This document shows positions 61,072 through 64,000 of a stretch of DNA of 64,000 nt, in pieces (within the stretch, counting starts at the first letter, position 1; the number at the start of each line of letters is the position of its first letter). The position numbers and the translations under genes are program-made. Source of the stretch: Myxococcota bacterium (GTDB taxonomy: Bacteria > Myxococcota_A > UBA796 > GCA-2862545); the NCBI GenBank assembly GCA_039208735.1, contig JBCCQY010000029.1, positions 1 to 64,000 on the forward strand, in the 5' to 3' direction. Under the pieces are notes generated by a model. The model saw nothing but the letters and a program-made list of their open reading frames with translations, did not search any database and was not told the DNA's origin.

Positions 61072-62013
61072 ATGGGTTTCGATAGGCGTTCCTTTCTCCT
61101 TGCCGGGGCCGCATCGCTTGCGTGCCCGGTTTTGGCTCATGGTTTCTCTCCCCGAGGTTCCAACATGTCTACTGACCTTCGGCGCATGGCGGTGGGTGAG
61201 GTTGCGCTCGCGATTCGTCAACGCCAGACGCCCGGCACGCCGAGGCTGTTCATCCACGGCTCCCTTGAAGATCATCGGGGCTGGGATGAGGTGGTCGCGG
61301 CCCTACCGGTCGATGTGCCTTGGGTGGTCTATGACCGCCGGGGGCATGGTGCGAGTACGAATATGACTGGCCAAGGTCGACTATCGCAGGACGTCGAGGA
61401 CGTGGCTCGCTTGATCGAGCAGCTGGGCAAGGGACCCATTCACGTCGTGGGACATTCGTATGGTGCGAACGTAGCTATCGCGTTGGCAGGGCGCTTTCGC
61501 AAAGGGGTCAAGAGTCTTGTGCTCTACGAACCGCCCGTGTTCGGCTTGTTGCGTGGCGTACCTGAGGTGGCCAAGCCCCTGCGGGCGGCCCAACGCTCGA
61601 TGGGCGAGGCGAAGTCGCTCATCGAGGAAGGCGCTTTGGAGCGTGGAACGAAGCACTTTGTCGAAGAGGTCGCGTTCGGGACCGGAAGTTGGGGCGCGTT
61701 GCTCGATGCCAATGCACGAGGACGGATGCTTGCTCATGCCGACACGTGGCTCGATCAAGCCCGCGACCCAGAGCGGTTTGATATTGACGTCACGACCTTG
61801 GGGACGCTGCGCAATGCTTCGGGGAACTCCGTCGTCACCCTTGTGTCTGGCGCGGCGTCCTTGGCAACGTTTCGGGGGGTCGTGTCGCAGATCCGATCGA
61901 GGGTTCCTACCGTACGGCACGTCGAGATTCCGGGCGCTGGCCACGGGGCTCCTCTTTCGCATCCGGTCGAGTTCGCGGCGGTCATCGAGGCCCACGTTCG
62001 ACGCCTTCGCTAG
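61072..62013 (+). CDS. Tat-exported alpha/beta hydrolase
   Basis: DRRSFLL twin-arginine signal, HGS, DRRGHG, GHSYG, GAGH; GGAGG RBS. Confidence 0.85.
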   Translation: MGFDRRSFLLAGAASLACPVLAHGFSPRGSNMSTDLRRMAVGEVALAIRQRQTPGTPRLFIHGSLEDHRGWDEVVAALPVDVPWVVYDRRGHGASTNMTGQGRLSQDVEDVARLIEQLGKGPIHVVGHSYGANVAIALAGRFRKGVKSLVLYEPPVFGLLRGVPEVAKPLRAAQRSMGEAKSLIEEGALERGTKHFVEEVAFGTGSWGALLDANARGRMLAHADTWLDQARDPERFDIDVTTLGTLRNASGNSVVTLVSGAASLATFRGVVSQIRSRVPTVRHVEIPGAGHGAPLSHPVEFAAVIEAHVRRLR

Positions 62014-62897
62014 CTTCGGAATCGTTGCAAGGTGGCGACGGCGTAGTCCAACCGTAGGCGCATTCCGCCCGTCGGCGTCCGTTCAGAGAAATCCTGAAGG
62101 TGGTCCGCCAGCGCGGCAAGGGCATCGCTTTTGCTCGACGGCGCCACGCGGTCGAAAAGCGCGATCCACGGAGGGGAGTAGCGACACAATTGGCGCGCGA
62201 TGACACCAACCGAGCTGCATTTGAGCCAAAGGATGCGGGATTCGACTTGGAGGAGTTGGCCAGTGTCCTGACTCAAGAGCTGCTCGAGCCCGGCCTTGGT
62301 GCTCCAAGGGGTTGGATCGGCTCGTTGCGGTAACGATTCTGTCAGTCCTACGATCGCGTCTGGAATTTCGCCCAATGCCGAGTTCGGACGCCACGCGGTG
62401 ATCCGCACGAGGCCGCCCGGACGCACGCTGCGAAACAGCTCGCCCATGGCTTGATGAGGGCGAGCCGACAACATGACGCCAAATGCCGAAGTGACAAGAT
62501 CGAACCCTTGGAATTCCCTTAGGTCGTGAAAGGAGCCCTTACGGCAAGTCAAAGGGAGCTTCGCACCGTTGGCGCGCGCCCCTGCAATCGTCAACCAGGG
62601 TTCCGCAATGTCGAGCGCCGTGACCTGCGCACCGCCTTGAGCTGCCGCAAGGGCTACGGTGCCGGTTCCCGTGGCGACGTCGAGCAGGCGTTTGCCCTTC
62701 AGATTGAGCCCATCCAGACACGCCAGCGAAGCGGGCACAAGCCACTCGCCGATGATGTCATACCGCCCTTTCGACCAGCGACGTTCGGATTGCTTGTCGT
62801 GGACGAGGTGTCCGGTGACCCCCGGTTCGGTGGGTTCAAGTGGTTCCGACGTTCCTGCTGCAGAGAAATCTGCAGATAACCATGGTCGATCCGTCAT
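62010..62897 (-). CDS. Class I SAM-dependent methyltransferase
   Basis: LLDVATGTG, FDLVTSAFGVM, VRPGG. Confidence 0.9.
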   Translation of the reverse strand: MTDRPWLSADFSAAGTSEPLEPTEPGVTGHLVHDKQSERRWSKGRYDIIGEWLVPASLACLDGLNLKGKRLLDVATGTGTVALAAAQGGAQVTALDIAEPWLTIAGARANGAKLPLTCRKGSFHDLREFQGFDLVTSAFGVMLSARPHQAMGELFRSVRPGGLVRITAWRPNSALGEIPDAIVGLTESLPQRADPTPWSTKAGLEQLLSQDTGQLLQVESRILWLKCSSVGVIARQLCRYSPPWIALFDRVAPSSKSDALAALADHLQDFSERTPTGGMRLRLDYAVATLQRFRS

Positions 62898-62918
62898 TTC
62901 GGCCCACTCTGATGGTTT

Positions 62919-62933
62919 TGAAATTCGTTTTCA
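62919..62933. promoter_or_regulatory. Fur-type box upstream of the methyltransferase gene
   Basis: TGAAATT-C-GTTTTCA. Confidence 0.65.
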
Positions 62934-63053
62934 ATACTAGCGGATGGCCGCCAACTTCGCCGCCGAGAACACCTCAGCGTTCGAAGTCCTGACGTTTCGC
63001 GACCTGCATCGTATATCGAATTAGTAGTTGCCTGTTCTTGAGCGATTGATAAA

Positions 63054-63074
63054 TGAAAATGACTTTCATTTTCA
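63054..63074. promoter_or_regulatory. Tandem overlapping Fur-type boxes upstream of the ABC transporter
   Basis: TGAAAAT-G-ACTTTCA (exact reverse complement of the 57789 box) plus a second site offset by 6 bp, TGACTTT-C-ATTTTCA. Confidence 0.8.
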
Positions 63075-63104
63075 TGATTGAGACTTAACCGGGCGGAGGC
63101 GTGT

Positions 63105-64000
63105 ATGAAGCTTCTCATGCCGTATTTGAAGCTCCACTGGGCGACATTGGGGACGGCCATCCTGCTGGCGGTTGGCGGGGCACTGCTGGAGCTGTTGCCC
63201 CACGGGATCGTCTATGCGGCGGCGCTCGACGTTTTCGCGAGCCCGCCACGCACCGATCGTCTGCTTCTCTGGGCGGGGCTGGCGATGGGAGGGGTCGTGG
63301 TTCGGTTCCTTCTGCTGGGAGGATCGCTCGTGCTCAGCCACAAGGTGGCCTTTCAGGTCCTACGGTCGCTTCGGGAGGCCTTGGTGCAGCGGCTGGCCGC
63401 AAGCCCCGCCCAAGCACGGGATGGCCATTCTCCAGCCTCCCTGAAGAAGGTCCTCGTTGAGGATGTCGATGGCCTCGAGAACCTCTTCGCGCACAACCTC
63501 GTGGACTTGGCCAGTGGATTCCTCGTGCCGATCCTGGCCTGGATCGTGCTGATTCAGGTCGATTCACGCCTCGCGTTGGCCAGTGTCGCGCTGGTTCCCG
63601 TGGCGTTCCTTTCCATGGCCTTCACCATGCGCGACATGAACCAGCAGTTCGTGGATTGGCATGGGGCAGAAGCACGCGCCAACTCCAGTATTCTCGAGTA
63701 CCTACGCGGCATCGCCGTTTTAAAGGCCCACGATGCCGACGCTAGCTCGCTGGCTCGAGTTCGGGGGGCGGTCGAGGGGGTGGCGAACCTCGCCGTCACC
63801 ATGACGAAGCAGAGTTCGATCGGCTACACGTTGTTTTCAAGCTTCTTGCAAAACAACATGGTCGTCATCCTGCCTATCGGGGTGTGGCTGCACCAGACGG
63901 GAGCGATCGACACCCCCGCCTTGGTGTTGTTCATCGTGCTTGGGTTTGGGCTCACCGCGCCGTTGCTGAAGCTGCTGTTCTTGTTTGGCAATCTGCAACA
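63105..64000 (+). CDS. YbtP/IrtA-type ABC transporter (TM domain), 3' truncated
   Basis: Not in the ORF track because it is open at the window end. Translates MKLLMPYLK...SHKVAFQVLRSLREALVQRL...LKKVLVEDVDGLENLFAHNLVD, typical of exporter-fold siderophore importers. Confidence 0.85.
   Translation, partial: MKLLMPYLKLHWATLGTAILLAVGGALLELLPHGIVYAAALDVFASPPRTDRLLLWAGLAMGGVVVRFLLLGGSLVLSHKVAFQVLRSLREALVQRLAASPAQARDGHSPASLKKVLVEDVDGLENLFAHNLVDLASGFLVPILAWIVLIQVDSRLALASVALVPVAFLSMAFTMRDMNQQFVDWHGAEARANSSILEYLRGIAVLKAHDADASSLARVRGAVEGVANLAVTMTKQSSIGYTLFSSFLQNNMVVILPIGVWLHQTGAIDTPALVLFIVLGFGLTAPLLKLLFLFGNLQ

Noticed and set aside
57724..64000. Calling the iron island a mobile element
   Set aside because: Codon usage looks slightly more AT-rich by eye, but I did not quantify it and saw no integrase, transposase, tRNA or att repeats.

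Overview
GC-rich bacterial chromosome segment, probably Myxococcota/deltaproteobacterial (inferred from MopE-type Cys/Asp repeats, TIGR02996-LRR proteins and a Myxococcus-type LexA box). Housekeeping content: dnaK-dnaJ, a complete System I cytochrome c maturation operon (ccmABCDEFGHI with one inserted gene), cinA-recA, ruvX/yqgF, an ABC-2 exporter and signalling genes (FHA-GGDEF; kinase/HDOD/REC-HD). Three loci stand out. (1) At about 57.8-64 kb is an iron-uptake-like island with three matching Fur-type boxes. It holds a nicotianamine synthase translationally coupled to a glutathione-synthetase-like ATP-grasp ligase (no CntM opine dehydrogenase in the window), plus an AraC regulator, a Tat-exported hydrolase, a methyltransferase and a YbtP/IrtA-type ABC transporter. 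This is a candidate new metallophore pathway. (2) A stand-alone 4263-aa trimodular type I PKS, (KS-AT-KR-ACP)x3, has no loading module, DH, ER or TE. It carries an atypical AT2 and ends in a predicted transmembrane helix. (3) An SPFH protein with major-vault-protein-like motifs lies in a tight four-gene operon. I saw no rRNA, tRNA, CRISPR array or mobile element. All domain calls come from reading motifs by eye, not from database searches, and many start codons were re-chosen relative to the ORF track.
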